Assembly: GCA_041613315.1 (NCBI GenBank)
Contig: JBFJHJ010000002.1
Span: 26,014 to 90,013, forward strand
DNA length: 64,000 nucleotides
From: Gemmatimonadales bacterium
Lineage (GTDB): Bacteria > Gemmatimonadota > Gemmatimonadetes > Gemmatimonadales > GWC2-71-9
Direction: 5' to 3'
Notes under the pieces: model-generated
Told to the model about the DNA's origin: nothing
The model's database searches: none
What the model saw: the letters and a program-made list of their open reading frames with translations, nothing else
Part shown: piece by piece, positions 50,650-60,202 of the stretch
Layout: each line of letters starts with the position of its first letter
How positions within the stretch are numbered: the stretch's first letter is position 1
Position numbers and translations under genes: made by a program

Positions 50650-51170
50650 CGCGCGCCGGTGACGCGGTCATCGTGCTGCGAGGGCCGCGGGCCGGCGAGC
50701 TGGAACGCGTCCGGGAGCTCGTCCGCGCCGCGGGCGTCTTCCGGCCCGAGGAGGTAAACGTGGCGATCGAGGTGTTCGAAGGCGCCGTGCGGTCCCCTGG
50801 CGTCGACTACCTCGGCATCGGGGCCTACGAGGATGATCGCCTCGTCGGGTTCACGCTCTTTGGGCCGACGCCCTGCACCGTTGGCACGTGGGATCTGTAC
50901 TGGATCGTGGTGGACCCGGCGGTTCACCGACACGGCGTGGGTCGCCGCCTGATGACGGCGGCGGAAACGGCGATGGCCCAACGAGGCGCCCGCCTGGTGG
51001 TGGTGGAGACCTCGTCGCGCGCCGACTACGAGCCCACACGCGCCTTCTACGACGCCCTGGGGTATGCCCGGGCGGCGCGGATCGCCGACTACTATGCGCC
51101 CCGAGACGACCTGGTCGTCTTCCGCAAGAGCCTCGTTTCTTCAACCGGCGAGACGACCCGCGATGGCTGA
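50646..51170 (+). CDS. GNAT-family N-acetyltransferase
   Basis: WDLYWIVVDP..HRHGVGRRLM (acetyl-CoA motif A), VETSS..Y..TRAFY..LGY. Confidence 0.9.
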   Translation: MTRAGDAVIVLRGPRAGELERVRELVRAAGVFRPEEVNVAIEVFEGAVRSPGVDYLGIGAYEDDRLVGFTLFGPTPCTVGTWDLYWIVVDPAVHRHGVGRRLMTAAETAMAQRGARLVVVETSSRADYEPTRAFYDALGYARAARIADYYAPRDDLVVFRKSLVSSTGETTRDG

Positions 51171-52317
51171 TTGGCAGAAGCGGCTGCGCGAGCGCGGCCT
51201 CCGAACCCTGGAGCAGCTCGTCGAGAAGTTCGGCGCCGAGCATTTCCCGGACCTCGAGCGGCTGCAACTCGCCGTGGAGAACTTCGAGTTCCGGATCTCG
51301 CCCGCCATGGTCGATCTCATCCAGGAACCGGACGATCCGATCTGGCGCCAGTACGTGCCCACGCTGGAGGAGCTCGAAGTCGTTGACGGCGTCCTCGACA
51401 GTCTGAACGAGGATGCCGACAGCCCGGTGCCCAACATCACGCACCGCTATCCGGATCGCGCCCTCTTTCTCGTCAGCCCCGTTTGCGCCGCCTATTGCCG
51501 GTTCTGTACGCGGCGCCGCAAGGTGGGCGACCCGGAGAAGATCCCGATGGCGCAGCTCGAGAGCGCCTTCCAGTATCTCGAGGAACATCGGGAGATCCGG
51601 GACGTGATCCTCTCCGGCGGCGACCCGATGCTCCTGTCGGACCGTCGCCTCGATGCCATCCTGACCCGTCTCCGGAAGATCCCGCACCTCGAGATCCTTC
51701 GCATCGGGAGCCGCGTTCCCTGCCACCTCCCGGAGCGGATTACGCCCGAGCTCTGCGCGATCCTCGCCAAGCACCACCCGTTCTACATCAACACGCACTT
51801 CAACCACCCCGCCGAGCTCACGCCGGCGGCGATCCGCAGCCTGGGAATGCTCGCCGATGCCGGTATCCCCCTCGGGTGCCAGACCGTGCTCCTCCGGGGC
51901 ATCAACGATGATGTCGAGGTGATGAAGGAGCTGATGCAGAAACTCCTCGCCGCCCGCGTCCGCCCGTACTACATCTACATGTGCGATAACGTGGCGGGGG
52001 TGGAGCACTTCAAGACGACGGTGGCCAAAGGCCTCGAGATCATCGAGGGTCTCCGCGGATGGACCAGCGGTCTCGCCGTCCCGCACTTCGTGATCGACGC
52101 ACCAGGCGGCGGCGGCAAGATTCCCCTCCTCCCGGAGTACGTCGAGCAGATCACCGACGACGAGGTGGTGCTCCGCAACTTCCGGGGGGACCGCTACGTG
52201 TGGACGCAGCCCCGGGAGGAGATCCTGGCGGCCGCCGACGTCGGCGGGCGCTCGTACGCGATGCACGTCACGACCGGTAACGGCCGGCGACGGGCGAGGA
52301 AGCGGAAGCGGGCGTAG
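51163..52317 (+). CDS. kamA: KamA-family radical-SAM/PLP lysine 2,3-aminomutase
   Basis: HRYPDR, CAAYCRFCTRRR, SGGDP, HFNHP, RPYYIYMCD, VIDAPGGGGKIP. Confidence 0.9.
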   Translation: MADWQKRLRERGLRTLEQLVEKFGAEHFPDLERLQLAVENFEFRISPAMVDLIQEPDDPIWRQYVPTLEELEVVDGVLDSLNEDADSPVPNITHRYPDRALFLVSPVCAAYCRFCTRRRKVGDPEKIPMAQLESAFQYLEEHREIRDVILSGGDPMLLSDRRLDAILTRLRKIPHLEILRIGSRVPCHLPERITPELCAILAKHHPFYINTHFNHPAELTPAAIRSLGMLADAGIPLGCQTVLLRGINDDVEVMKELMQKLLAARVRPYYIYMCDNVAGVEHFKTTVAKGLEIIEGLRGWTSGLAVPHFVIDAPGGGGKIPLLPEYVEQITDDEVVLRNFRGDRYVWTQPREEILAAADVGGRSYAMHVTTGNGRRRARKRKRA

Positions 52318-52347
52318 GCGCGCCCGTCGCCTCCCGCCGCGCCTCGA

Positions 52348-54441
52348 TCACTTGCCGTTGTCGCGCTCCTTCTTCCGCTCCTCAATGATCTTCTGGGCGA
52401 CCTCCGGCGGCACTTCCTGGTAGCTGGCGAACTGCCAGCGGAACGTGCCGCGCCCGTGCGTGATCGAGTGTAACTGCGTGGAGTAGCGATACATCTCCGC
52501 TTCCGGCACCTGGGCCCGGACCTTCGTGAGCCGGCCGTCCGGCTCGCTGCCCAGGATCTGACCCCGGCGCGCCGAGAGATCCCCCATCACCTCGCCGAGG
52601 TTATCCTCCGGCGCCCAGACCTCGACGTCGAGGATCGGCTCCAGGATCACCGGTTTGGCGTTCTGTGCGACGTCCCGGAATGCGTGGATCCCCGCCATCT
52701 TGAAGGATTGCTCGTTGCTGTCCACGTTGTGGTAGGATCCGTCGTAGCACTCGACCTTGAAGTCCACGACCGGATAGCCCGCCACGACACCGCGCTGCGC
52801 GGCCTCCTGGACGCCTTTATCGACCGCCGGGATGTACTTGTTGGGAATCACGCCGCCCTTGATCTGGTCGGCGAACTCGTACCCCGCGCCTCGCGGCAGC
52901 GGCGCGATCCGGATCCAGCAGTCTCCAAATTGGCCGCGGCCACCGGTCTGCTTCTTATGCCGGCCCTGCCCTTCAGCCTTGGCCCGGAACGTCTCCCGAT
53001 ACGCCACCCGGGGTCGGCTCAGCTCGGCGTGGACGCCGAACTTCCGCGCCAGCCGTCCGATGACGACTTCGAGGTGCCGCTCGCCGCGGCCGCTGATCAA
53101 CGTCTGTCCCAACTCCCCGCTGTACTCGTGGTGGAAGGTGGGATCCTCCTCGTGCAGCTTGTGGAGGCCCGTCGACAGCTTGTCCTCCTCGCCGCGCTGC
53201 TTCACTTCGACCGCCATCACGATCAGCGGCTCCGGGAATGGTATCGGCTTCACGATGGCCGGCATCTGGCGGGTCGAGAGCGTGTCGTTGGTATGCGTAT
53301 CCCGCAGCTTCGCCACGACCCCGATATCCCCGGCGTGAAGCGCCGAGACCTCGGTCCGCTCTTTCCCCTGTGCCACCGACAGGTGGTTGAGCTTCTCTTC
53401 GGCATTGCGGGGAGCATTGAACGCCGCGGCGCCGTTGGCGACTGATCCCGCGTAGACCCGGAAGAAGGTCACGTCCCCAACGTGCGGCTCGGAGACGGTC
53501 TTGAACACATGCGCCACGAACGATGACTTGTCGGCCTGCGCGAGCGAAATCTCCTCATCGGTATCGGTGCGAAAGGCCTTGATGGGCGGCAGCTGCGTGG
53601 GCGGCGGCACCAGTTCTGCGAGCTTCGTCAGCAGCGCCCGCATCCCGTACGTCTGCTGCGACGAGCCGCACAGCAGCGGGAACACCTCGCCGGTGAGCAT
53701 GCCCGCCTTCATTGCCTCGATGACGTCCTCCCTGGGGATCTCCTCGCCGCTGAGGTAGCGCTCCAACAGATCGTCATTCGTGGTGGCCACCGTCTCCACC
53801 AGCTCCTGGGAGTACTTCTCAAGGCGCTCACGGTATGCTTCCGGGACGTCCGTCTCTTCGTACTCGCCGGCCTTCGTCCCCTTCCGATACATGTGGCACT
53901 TCTTCGAGAAGAGGTTGACGATGCCATGGAACTCCGGCCCTTCGCCGACGGGGATCTCGATCGGGATGACCTTGTTCGTCAAGTGCTGCCGGATGTCCTG
54001 GTACACCTGTTCGAAGTCGGCGTGGTCCTTGTCGAGCAGCGACACGAAGAACAGGCGCGGGATACCGCGCTCCGCGGCGTACTCCCACACCTTCTCGGTC
54101 CCCACCTCGACCCCGGCCGTGGCGCTGACGACGACGAGCGCCGCATCCGCCGCATGGATCCCCGCAACCGCGTCGCCGATGAAGTCGAGATACCCCGGCG
54201 TATCGATCAGGTTGATCTTGGTGTCTTTCCACTCGGCGTGGGCCAGCGCCAGGCTGATGGAGTACTGCCGGTCGATTTCGTCTTGGGTGTAGTCGGTGAG
54301 GGCGGTTCCGTCGGTGACCGAACCATGCCGCTTGCTGCTGCCGGCCACGAACGCCAAGGCATCGACCAGGGAAGTCTTGCCGCTGGCGCCGTGGCCGACG
54401 ACCGCGACATTCCGAATGGACGCTCCTGTGTACTCGCGCAC
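52348..54441 (-). CDS. fusA: Elongation factor G paralogue (EF-G2 type)
   Basis: Full EF-G architecture (KKQTGGRGQFG, DGSYH, LEPI). G-motifs are divergent: GHGASGKT, DTPGY, SLLD. Confidence 0.9.
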   Translation of the reverse strand: MREYTGASIRNVAVVGHGASGKTSLVDALAFVAGSSKRHGSVTDGTALTDYTQDEIDRQYSISLALAHAEWKDTKINLIDTPGYLDFIGDAVAGIHAADAALVVVSATAGVEVGTEKVWEYAAERGIPRLFFVSLLDKDHADFEQVYQDIRQHLTNKVIPIEIPVGEGPEFHGIVNLFSKKCHMYRKGTKAGEYEETDVPEAYRERLEKYSQELVETVATTNDDLLERYLSGEEIPREDVIEAMKAGMLTGEVFPLLCGSSQQTYGMRALLTKLAELVPPPTQLPPIKAFRTDTDEEISLAQADKSSFVAHVFKTVSEPHVGDVTFFRVYAGSVANGAAAFNAPRNAEEKLNHLSVAQGKERTEVSALHAGDIGVVAKLRDTHTNDTLSTRQMPAIVKPIPFPEPLIVMAVEVKQRGEEDKLSTGLHKLHEEDPTFHHEYSGELGQTLISGRGERHLEVVIGRLARKFGVHAELSRPRVAYRETFRAKAEGQGRHKKQTGGRGQFGDCWIRIAPLPRGAGYEFADQIKGGVIPNKYIPAVDKGVQEAAQRGVVAGYPVVDFKVECYDGSYHNVDSNEQSFKMAGIHAFRDVAQNAKPVILEPILDVEVWAPEDNLGEVMGDLSARRGQILGSEPDGRLTKVRAQVPEAEMYRYSTQLHSITHGRGTFRWQFASYQEVPPEVAQKIIEERKKERDNGK

Positions 54442-54561
54442 GGTCTTCACCTCCTGAGGGCAGGGAGGTAGAACATGGCCGGTCCCACGTCCACTCGCTA
54501 GCCCCCGGGCCGAGCAGCCCGGTGGCACCGCCAGAAGCGACGGCCGGCCCACACGCAAGCG

Positions 54562-54589
54562 GCGGCGGGGCCACCGCAGGCCCCGCCGC
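54562..54589. terminator. GC-rich stem-loop, possible terminator
   Basis: GCGGCGGGGCC-ACCGCA-GGCCCCGCCGC, a perfect 11-bp stem 3' of the 54632 gene; weak U tract. Confidence 0.45.
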
Positions 54590-54631
54590 TCACGGATACC
54601 TTCGATCCGCCGAATGTCCGCCCGGCCCGCG

Positions 54632-55264
54632 CTACCCGCCCAGGCCGATGTTCATGACGTCCGTCGCCGGCTCCCCCTCGTCCAAGCCGTGGCGGAGGTG
54701 ATAGACGAGCCGCACGAGTACACGCACCGCCCGGAGGTTCAGCGCCAGCGCCTCAGCCGAGCGGCCCTCATCCAGGGCGGCGTCCGCGAGCTCGCGGAGC
54801 TCGGCGACGTGGGCGAGGACCCCACGGATCCGCGGTGCGTCGCGATCGCCCAAACGCTGCTCGATGCGGGCGCGGACCCGGTCCACGACCTGGCCGACCC
54901 GCGCCGGCGCGTCCGGGAAGGTATGGACGATCGCCTGCAGCAGCTTGTCGTAAGACTCTCGGGCGAGGGCCCGTGCGCGATCGAGGTCCCCCTCGTCACG
55001 GGCGGTACGTGCCTCGACCCGCAGGGCACGGGCGTCCTCCAGGAGCGCCACGGCGGTGGCGTCGCCGTGCTCCTCCACGGCGCGGACCAGTCGCTGGACC
55101 AGGTGAGCCAGGCCGACTTCCTCGCGGTCGAACGTGTGGTCCGCCTCAGCCGCCAGGGAGAGGGCCAGTCCCTCCTCCTCGGCCGGCGCCAGTGGGCCGG
55201 ATTGGTCGCACCCGGCGAGGACGAAGCCGGCCAGCGCGATCCCGATGAACGTACGGATACTCAT
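54632..55264 (-). CDS. Hypothetical alpha-helical lipoprotein
   Basis: VLAGC lipobox; two similar helical-hairpin units (GDLDRARALA / GRSAEALAL). Confidence 0.65.
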   Translation of the reverse strand: MSIRTFIGIALAGFVLAGCDQSGPLAPAEEEGLALSLAAEADHTFDREEVGLAHLVQRLVRAVEEHGDATAVALLEDARALRVEARTARDEGDLDRARALARESYDKLLQAIVHTFPDAPARVGQVVDRVRARIEQRLGDRDAPRIRGVLAHVAELRELADAALDEGRSAEALALNLRAVRVLVRLVYHLRHGLDEGEPATDVMNIGLGG

Positions 55265-55411
55265 GATCACCCCTCGTGTCGTGGTTTCCGAGGGCTTAGA
55301 CGAGTGCGGCGGGGTGCTGTTAAGGGGGCGAGGCCATCGCCCCGACCCGCACGCCTAGCCCGGCCACGCGACCGCAGGCATTCTTCGAATCGGAGGAACC
55401 GGACCCCAACC

Positions 55412-56524
55412 ATGCCACACGACCGTGTCCGCTCCCGACTCACCCGCCGCGACTTCGTCGCGTCCGGCCTCGCCGCCGCCGCGCTGGCCGTTCCGGCGGC
55501 GGGGCCGCTCCGCCAGCTCCGCCGCCGGCAGGGTTCCACCCCTGTGATCGACGGCCTCGGCGAGATCCGCCTCGACTACGACATGTCCCTGCTCGACGAG
55601 ATCCGCGCCAGCGGACTGACGGCCTGCGTCATCACGGTCGGCAACCCCGCCCTGCACGATGCGACCGCGTTCCCCGACCTGCGCCGCGAGATCGAGGCGT
55701 ACGATCGCCACGTCGCGAACCATCCCGACCGACTCGCTCACGCCCGTTCGGTCGGCGACATCGACCGCGCGCGGGCCCGGGGCACGATCGGGCTGCTGTA
55801 CTACACGCAGAACGCCACCCCCGTCGAAGACGACGTGCGCCGCCTCGACACGCTTCGGCAGTTGGGCGTGCGCATCGTCCAGCTCACGTACAATACCCGG
55901 AACCTCCTGGGCGACGGTTGCCTCGAACGTACCAACGCCGGCCTCAGTCGCTTCGGGCTCGAGGTCGTCGAGCGGTTGAACGCGCTTGATATGGTGGTCG
56001 ACGTGTCCCACTGCGGGGAGGCCACGACCCTCGATACGATCCGGTCTTCCCGGACGCCCGTCGCCGTGACGCACGCCGGGTGCAAGGCCGTTTTCGACCA
56101 CCCCCGCAACAAGACCGACGACGCGCTCCGCGCGCTGGCGGATCGCGGTGGGGTGATCGGCATCTACCAGATCAATCCGTATCTCGGGCCGAAGGAGCGA
56201 AACACCCTCGACGATTACCTGGCGCACCTCGATCACGCCATCAACGTGGCGGGGGTCGACCACGTGGGCATCGGCAGTGACCGTGAGCACCGCCCGATCC
56301 CCGACACCGAGGAAGAGAAGCAGAAACTCATCGCGGAGCTGGCACAGCTCCGTCCCGTTACCGCCGCCACGTTCCGCTGGCCCTTCTTCCTCAGCGAGCT
56401 CAACCACCCCCGGCGCATGGAGACCGTGCGGCGTGCGCTGGAGCGACGCGGCCGCCCCCCCGCGGACATCGACAAGATCCTAGGAGGGAATTTCTATCGG
56501 CTGTTTCGGGACACGCTCGGATGA
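55412..56524 (+). CDS. Tat-exported membrane dipeptidase (peptidase M19)
   Basis: TRRDFV Tat motif; QLTYN, VDVSHCG, HPRNK, HVGIGSD, ILGGNF. Confidence 0.9.
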   Translation: MPHDRVRSRLTRRDFVASGLAAAALAVPAAGPLRQLRRRQGSTPVIDGLGEIRLDYDMSLLDEIRASGLTACVITVGNPALHDATAFPDLRREIEAYDRHVANHPDRLAHARSVGDIDRARARGTIGLLYYTQNATPVEDDVRRLDTLRQLGVRIVQLTYNTRNLLGDGCLERTNAGLSRFGLEVVERLNALDMVVDVSHCGEATTLDTIRSSRTPVAVTHAGCKAVFDHPRNKTDDALRALADRGGVIGIYQINPYLGPKERNTLDDYLAHLDHAINVAGVDHVGIGSDREHRPIPDTEEEKQKLIAELAQLRPVTAATFRWPFFLSELNHPRRMETVRRALERRGRPPADIDKILGGNFYRLFRDTLG

Positions 56525-56554
56525 GTCGGAGCCGAGCCGGACGACTGTCCGCCG

Positions 56555-58444
56555 TCAGCGATAGCCGGCCGCCTGGAGGTTGAACAGCTCTGAATACAGG
56601 CCGCCTGTGGCGAGGAGCTCCTCATGCGTTCCGTGCTCCAGCAGCCGCCCGGCCCGGAGTACGAGGATGCGGTCGGCCATGCGCACCGTCGAGAAGCGGT
56701 GCGAGATGACGACCGCGATCTTGCCGCGGGTGAGCTCGGTGAACCGCAGGAACACCTCATACTCCGCGCGGGCATCCAGCGCGGCCGTGGGCTCGTCGAG
56801 GATCAGCACCTGGGCCTCGCGCATGTAGGCCCGGGCGAGCGCCACCTTCTGCCACTCGCCGCCAGACAGCTCGACGCCACCGTCGAACCGCCGGCCAAGC
56901 TGTTGGTCGAACCCCTGGGGGAGTCGCTCCGCCACGCGGTCGGCCATCCCGCGCCGCGCCGCCTCGCGAATTCGCATGTCGTTGCTCAGCTCCTCAATCT
57001 GTCCGACCGCGATATTCTCCTTGAATAGGAACGCGAATTGCATGAAGTCCTGGAATATCACGCCGATGTGTGCCCAGAGCGTGTCGAGGTCGTAGTCGCG
57101 GAGGTCCACGCCGTCCAGGAGAATCCGCCCCTCGTCCGGGTCGTACAGCCGCGCGAGGAGTTTGACCAGGGTTGTCTTGCCGGCGCCGTTTTCGCCGACC
57201 AGCGCGACCGAGTGGTTCGGCGTGAGCGTGAAGCTCAGGTCCCGCACTGCCCAGGTGTCCGACCCCGGATACCGGAAGCTGACCCCTTCGAAGACGAACC
57301 CGTGCCGGATGGGGCGCGGGACCGCGACGGCTCCCGGTTTCGACGCCACCCGCGGGGTGAGCTCGAAGAAGACGAAGAGATCGCGCAGGTACAGACTCTG
57401 CTCGTACACCTGCGACAGCGTCAGCAAGACGCGTTGGATCAGATCCCGGCTCTGGCGAAACGAGCCCGCCAGGAACGTGAGCACGCCGATGGTGAAGGGG
57501 CCCGCCGGGCTCTGATGCCCGATCACGGTGAGGTAGATGATCACGCCGTAGGCGCCGTAGTACCCCAGCGTGCCGACCGCCGCCAACACGCTCGCCACCG
57601 CGGCCCGCCGCGTCGAGAGCCGCCGGTTGGCCGCGTAAAATTCGTCCGCGAGCCTCGCATAGCGCCCGACGAGAAACGGCGACAGATGGAAGAGCTTCAC
57701 CTCCTTCGCGGAGCCGTCGCTGGCGGCCGTGAAGCGCAGGTAATCGAGCATCCGCCGCTCGGGCGTCCACTGGAACAACAGGCTGTAGCCGAGCGCCGCA
57801 AAATGCGTCTCTCCCAGGAACGACGGTATCACCGCGACCGCCAGGAGAAGCAGGAGCCACGGCACGTACAACATCAGGGCCGCGGCCAGCGAGATCAGCG
57901 TGATGAGGTCCTGGAGCGTGGCCAGCAGCTGCCCCAGCAGCCCGATGCGGCCCACCGTTTGCCGCCGCGCCCGTTCGAGATGATCGTACGTCTCGGCGTC
58001 CTCGAACTGCGCGACGTCGAGTCGCGCGGCGTGCTCCATGAGGCGGACCGACAGCCGGTTCGAGAACAGATCGCCCAGGAGACTCTCGAGCAGTGAGGAC
58101 GCCCGGGCGAGGCCCTCTCCCGCCACGGCGATCGCGAGCTCGAGCACCACCAGGCCGCCGAGGTGCCGCCAGTCCACGGCCTGGTCGGCCCGGTAGTACA
58201 CCTCGATGCTCTCGATGATGAGCTTGCCCACCCAGAGGAGCGCCAACGGCACCAGCGCGCGGACCATCCGCAGGCCGATGATCGCGACGGTGTACCCGCG
58301 GTGCGTGCGGTACACCATCCCGAGCAGCGGCGGGACGTACCGCAGGGCGGCGAGCCGCTCGCGCCAGGTCGGGACGTCCGGATCCGGCGTGAGGGCGCTC
58401 TGCGGCCGTCGGGGGATGCCGTGCGGAATAAACGGGGTACCCAC
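56555..58444 (-). CDS. ABC exporter, fused TM and ATPase domains
   Basis: GENGAGKT, LSGGEWQ, ILDEPT, SHRFS. Confidence 0.93.
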   Translation of the reverse strand: MGTPFIPHGIPRRPQSALTPDPDVPTWRERLAALRYVPPLLGMVYRTHRGYTVAIIGLRMVRALVPLALLWVGKLIIESIEVYYRADQAVDWRHLGGLVVLELAIAVAGEGLARASSLLESLLGDLFSNRLSVRLMEHAARLDVAQFEDAETYDHLERARRQTVGRIGLLGQLLATLQDLITLISLAAALMLYVPWLLLLLAVAVIPSFLGETHFAALGYSLLFQWTPERRMLDYLRFTAASDGSAKEVKLFHLSPFLVGRYARLADEFYAANRRLSTRRAAVASVLAAVGTLGYYGAYGVIIYLTVIGHQSPAGPFTIGVLTFLAGSFRQSRDLIQRVLLTLSQVYEQSLYLRDLFVFFELTPRVASKPGAVAVPRPIRHGFVFEGVSFRYPGSDTWAVRDLSFTLTPNHSVALVGENGAGKTTLVKLLARLYDPDEGRILLDGVDLRDYDLDTLWAHIGVIFQDFMQFAFLFKENIAVGQIEELSNDMRIREAARRGMADRVAERLPQGFDQQLGRRFDGGVELSGGEWQKVALARAYMREAQVLILDEPTAALDARAEYEVFLRFTELTRGKIAVVISHRFSTVRMADRILVLRAGRLLEHGTHEELLATGGLYSELFNLQAAGYR

Positions 58445-58500
58445 AGGCGAAAGTTAACACCGGCCTCGCCGCACCGTCTCACGTCCTACACCCCGACGAG

Positions 58501-60192
58501 GTGGCGGCAGTGCGACAGCTGACCTGGATCATCGTAGCCTGGTCGATGGCCGGACTCGGGAGCCCGCTCCGAGCCCAGTTGCCCGCGGACTCCGGGGAGC
58601 GGGCCCGCGCCATCCATGTGCTGCATCGGCTGGCGTACGGTCCCCGCCCGGCGGAGGTGGACCGGGTCGTGGCGATGGGGGTGGAGGCGTACATCGCCCA
58701 GCAGCTGGACCCCGCACGCATCGACGACGGCGTGCTCGAGGCGCGGCTCGCGGACTTCGTCGTTCTTCAGACGGACACGCGCACCCTGGCGGCGCTGCTC
58801 CGGGGGGCGCAGGACGAGCGCCGGGAGCAACAGCGCCAACAGCCAGACACCGGCGATGCTTCGCGGCGCCCGGACCGAACTCCGCCCGGCGCCAACGCCC
58901 GCACGCTCAGGCGCCGCTTGGGAGAGTTTCAGGCGGTAGCGGTCGTGCGGGCGGTGGTGTCGGAACGCCAGCTACATGAAGTGATGGTCGATTTCTGGAC
59001 CAACCACTTCAATGTCTTTCTCGGCAAGGGACCCGAACGCGCTCTGATGCCGGGCTACATCGAGCGCACGATCCGGCCCCGCGCCCTCGGTCGGTTCGAA
59101 GATCTCTTGATCGCAACCGCCCAGAGCCCGGCCATGCTCGTCTACCTCGACAACGCGCAGTCGGTGCAGCCCGGCGCGACCCCGCCCCGGCTGGAACGGA
59201 TGCGGGCCCGGCTCAGCCAGCCGCGCATGGGTGGCCGTCGGCCCGGGGGGCGCGGCGCCGAGATGCGCACCCGGGCGGACTCGATGCTTCGCCGCTTGGA
59301 GGATCGCGTCCCCAAAGGGCTGAACGAGAACTACGCCCGGGAGCTCCTCGAGCTCCACACGCTGGGCGTCGACGGCGGCTACACCCAGGACGACGTCCAG
59401 GGCGTCGCGCGGATCTTGACCGGCTGGAGCGTGGGCGACCCGTTCCGATCGCCCGAGTTCGTCTTCAACGACTGGGCCCACGATCGCACGGCGAAGACCG
59501 CGCTCGGCGTAGCGTTCCCGGCGGGTGGCGGAATGGAAGAAGGACTCGAGTTGCTCCGCATGCTGGCGAGCCACCCGTCCACGGCCCGGCACATGAGCCG
59601 GAAGCTCTGCGCGCGCTTCGTCAGCGACGACCCGCCACCGGGCTGCGTAGACACCGCCGCGGCGGCGTGGGAACGCAGCGACGGCGCGATCCGGGAAGTG
59701 CTCGCCGCGATTTTTCGTGCACCCGAGTTCTGGCCGCCCGAGTATCGCGACGTCAAAGTCAAGACGCCGCTCGAGTTCGTCGCCAGCGCCGTCCGGGCGG
59801 TGGGCGGCACCCCCGATGCCTCGCCCGCCCTCGCGCGAGTCGTGGCGCACCTCGGCCAGCCTCTCTACCTCGAGCCGGCGCCGACGGGTTACCCGGAGTC
59901 GCAGGAGTCATGGGTGAACGCCAGCGCGCTCCTCGAGCGGCTCAACATCGCCATGGCGCTCGGCGGACAGCGCCTCCCCGGCGTGAGCGTCGCGCTGGAC
60001 CCCGTGATCCCTCGGCTCGACGATCCGGCCGCGCTGGCGGCGGCGGTGAACACGGCGGTGCTGGCCGGGCGGGGATCGCCCAGCACGCTGCGCGTCATCG
60101 CCGAGCGGGTCGCCGCCGTGCGTGATGCCGCACGCGCACACGCACTCGCCATCGGGCTCGCGCTGGGCAGCCCGGAATTCCAGCGCCAATAG
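58501..60192 (+). CDS. DUF1800 family protein
   Basis: Signal peptide; DFWTNHFNV, PAMLVYLDN, NENYARELLELHTLGV, GSPEFQRQ. Confidence 0.9.
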   Translation: MAAVRQLTWIIVAWSMAGLGSPLRAQLPADSGERARAIHVLHRLAYGPRPAEVDRVVAMGVEAYIAQQLDPARIDDGVLEARLADFVVLQTDTRTLAALLRGAQDERREQQRQQPDTGDASRRPDRTPPGANARTLRRRLGEFQAVAVVRAVVSERQLHEVMVDFWTNHFNVFLGKGPERALMPGYIERTIRPRALGRFEDLLIATAQSPAMLVYLDNAQSVQPGATPPRLERMRARLSQPRMGGRRPGGRGAEMRTRADSMLRRLEDRVPKGLNENYARELLELHTLGVDGGYTQDDVQGVARILTGWSVGDPFRSPEFVFNDWAHDRTAKTALGVAFPAGGGMEEGLELLRMLASHPSTARHMSRKLCARFVSDDPPPGCVDTAAAAWERSDGAIREVLAAIFRAPEFWPPEYRDVKVKTPLEFVASAVRAVGGTPDASPALARVVAHLGQPLYLEPAPTGYPESQESWVNASALLERLNIAMALGGQRLPGVSVALDPVIPRLDDPAALAAAVNTAVLAGRGSPSTLRVIAERVAAVRDAARAHALAIGLALGSPEFQRQ

Positions 60193-60202
60193 GAGGGACC
60201 GT

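Noticed and set aside
51163-52317. KamA as EpmB (EF-P modification) or glutamate 2,3-aminomutase
   Set aside because: There is no efp or epmA nearby, and the sequence resembles clostridial KamA with both lysine-binding Asp positions retained.
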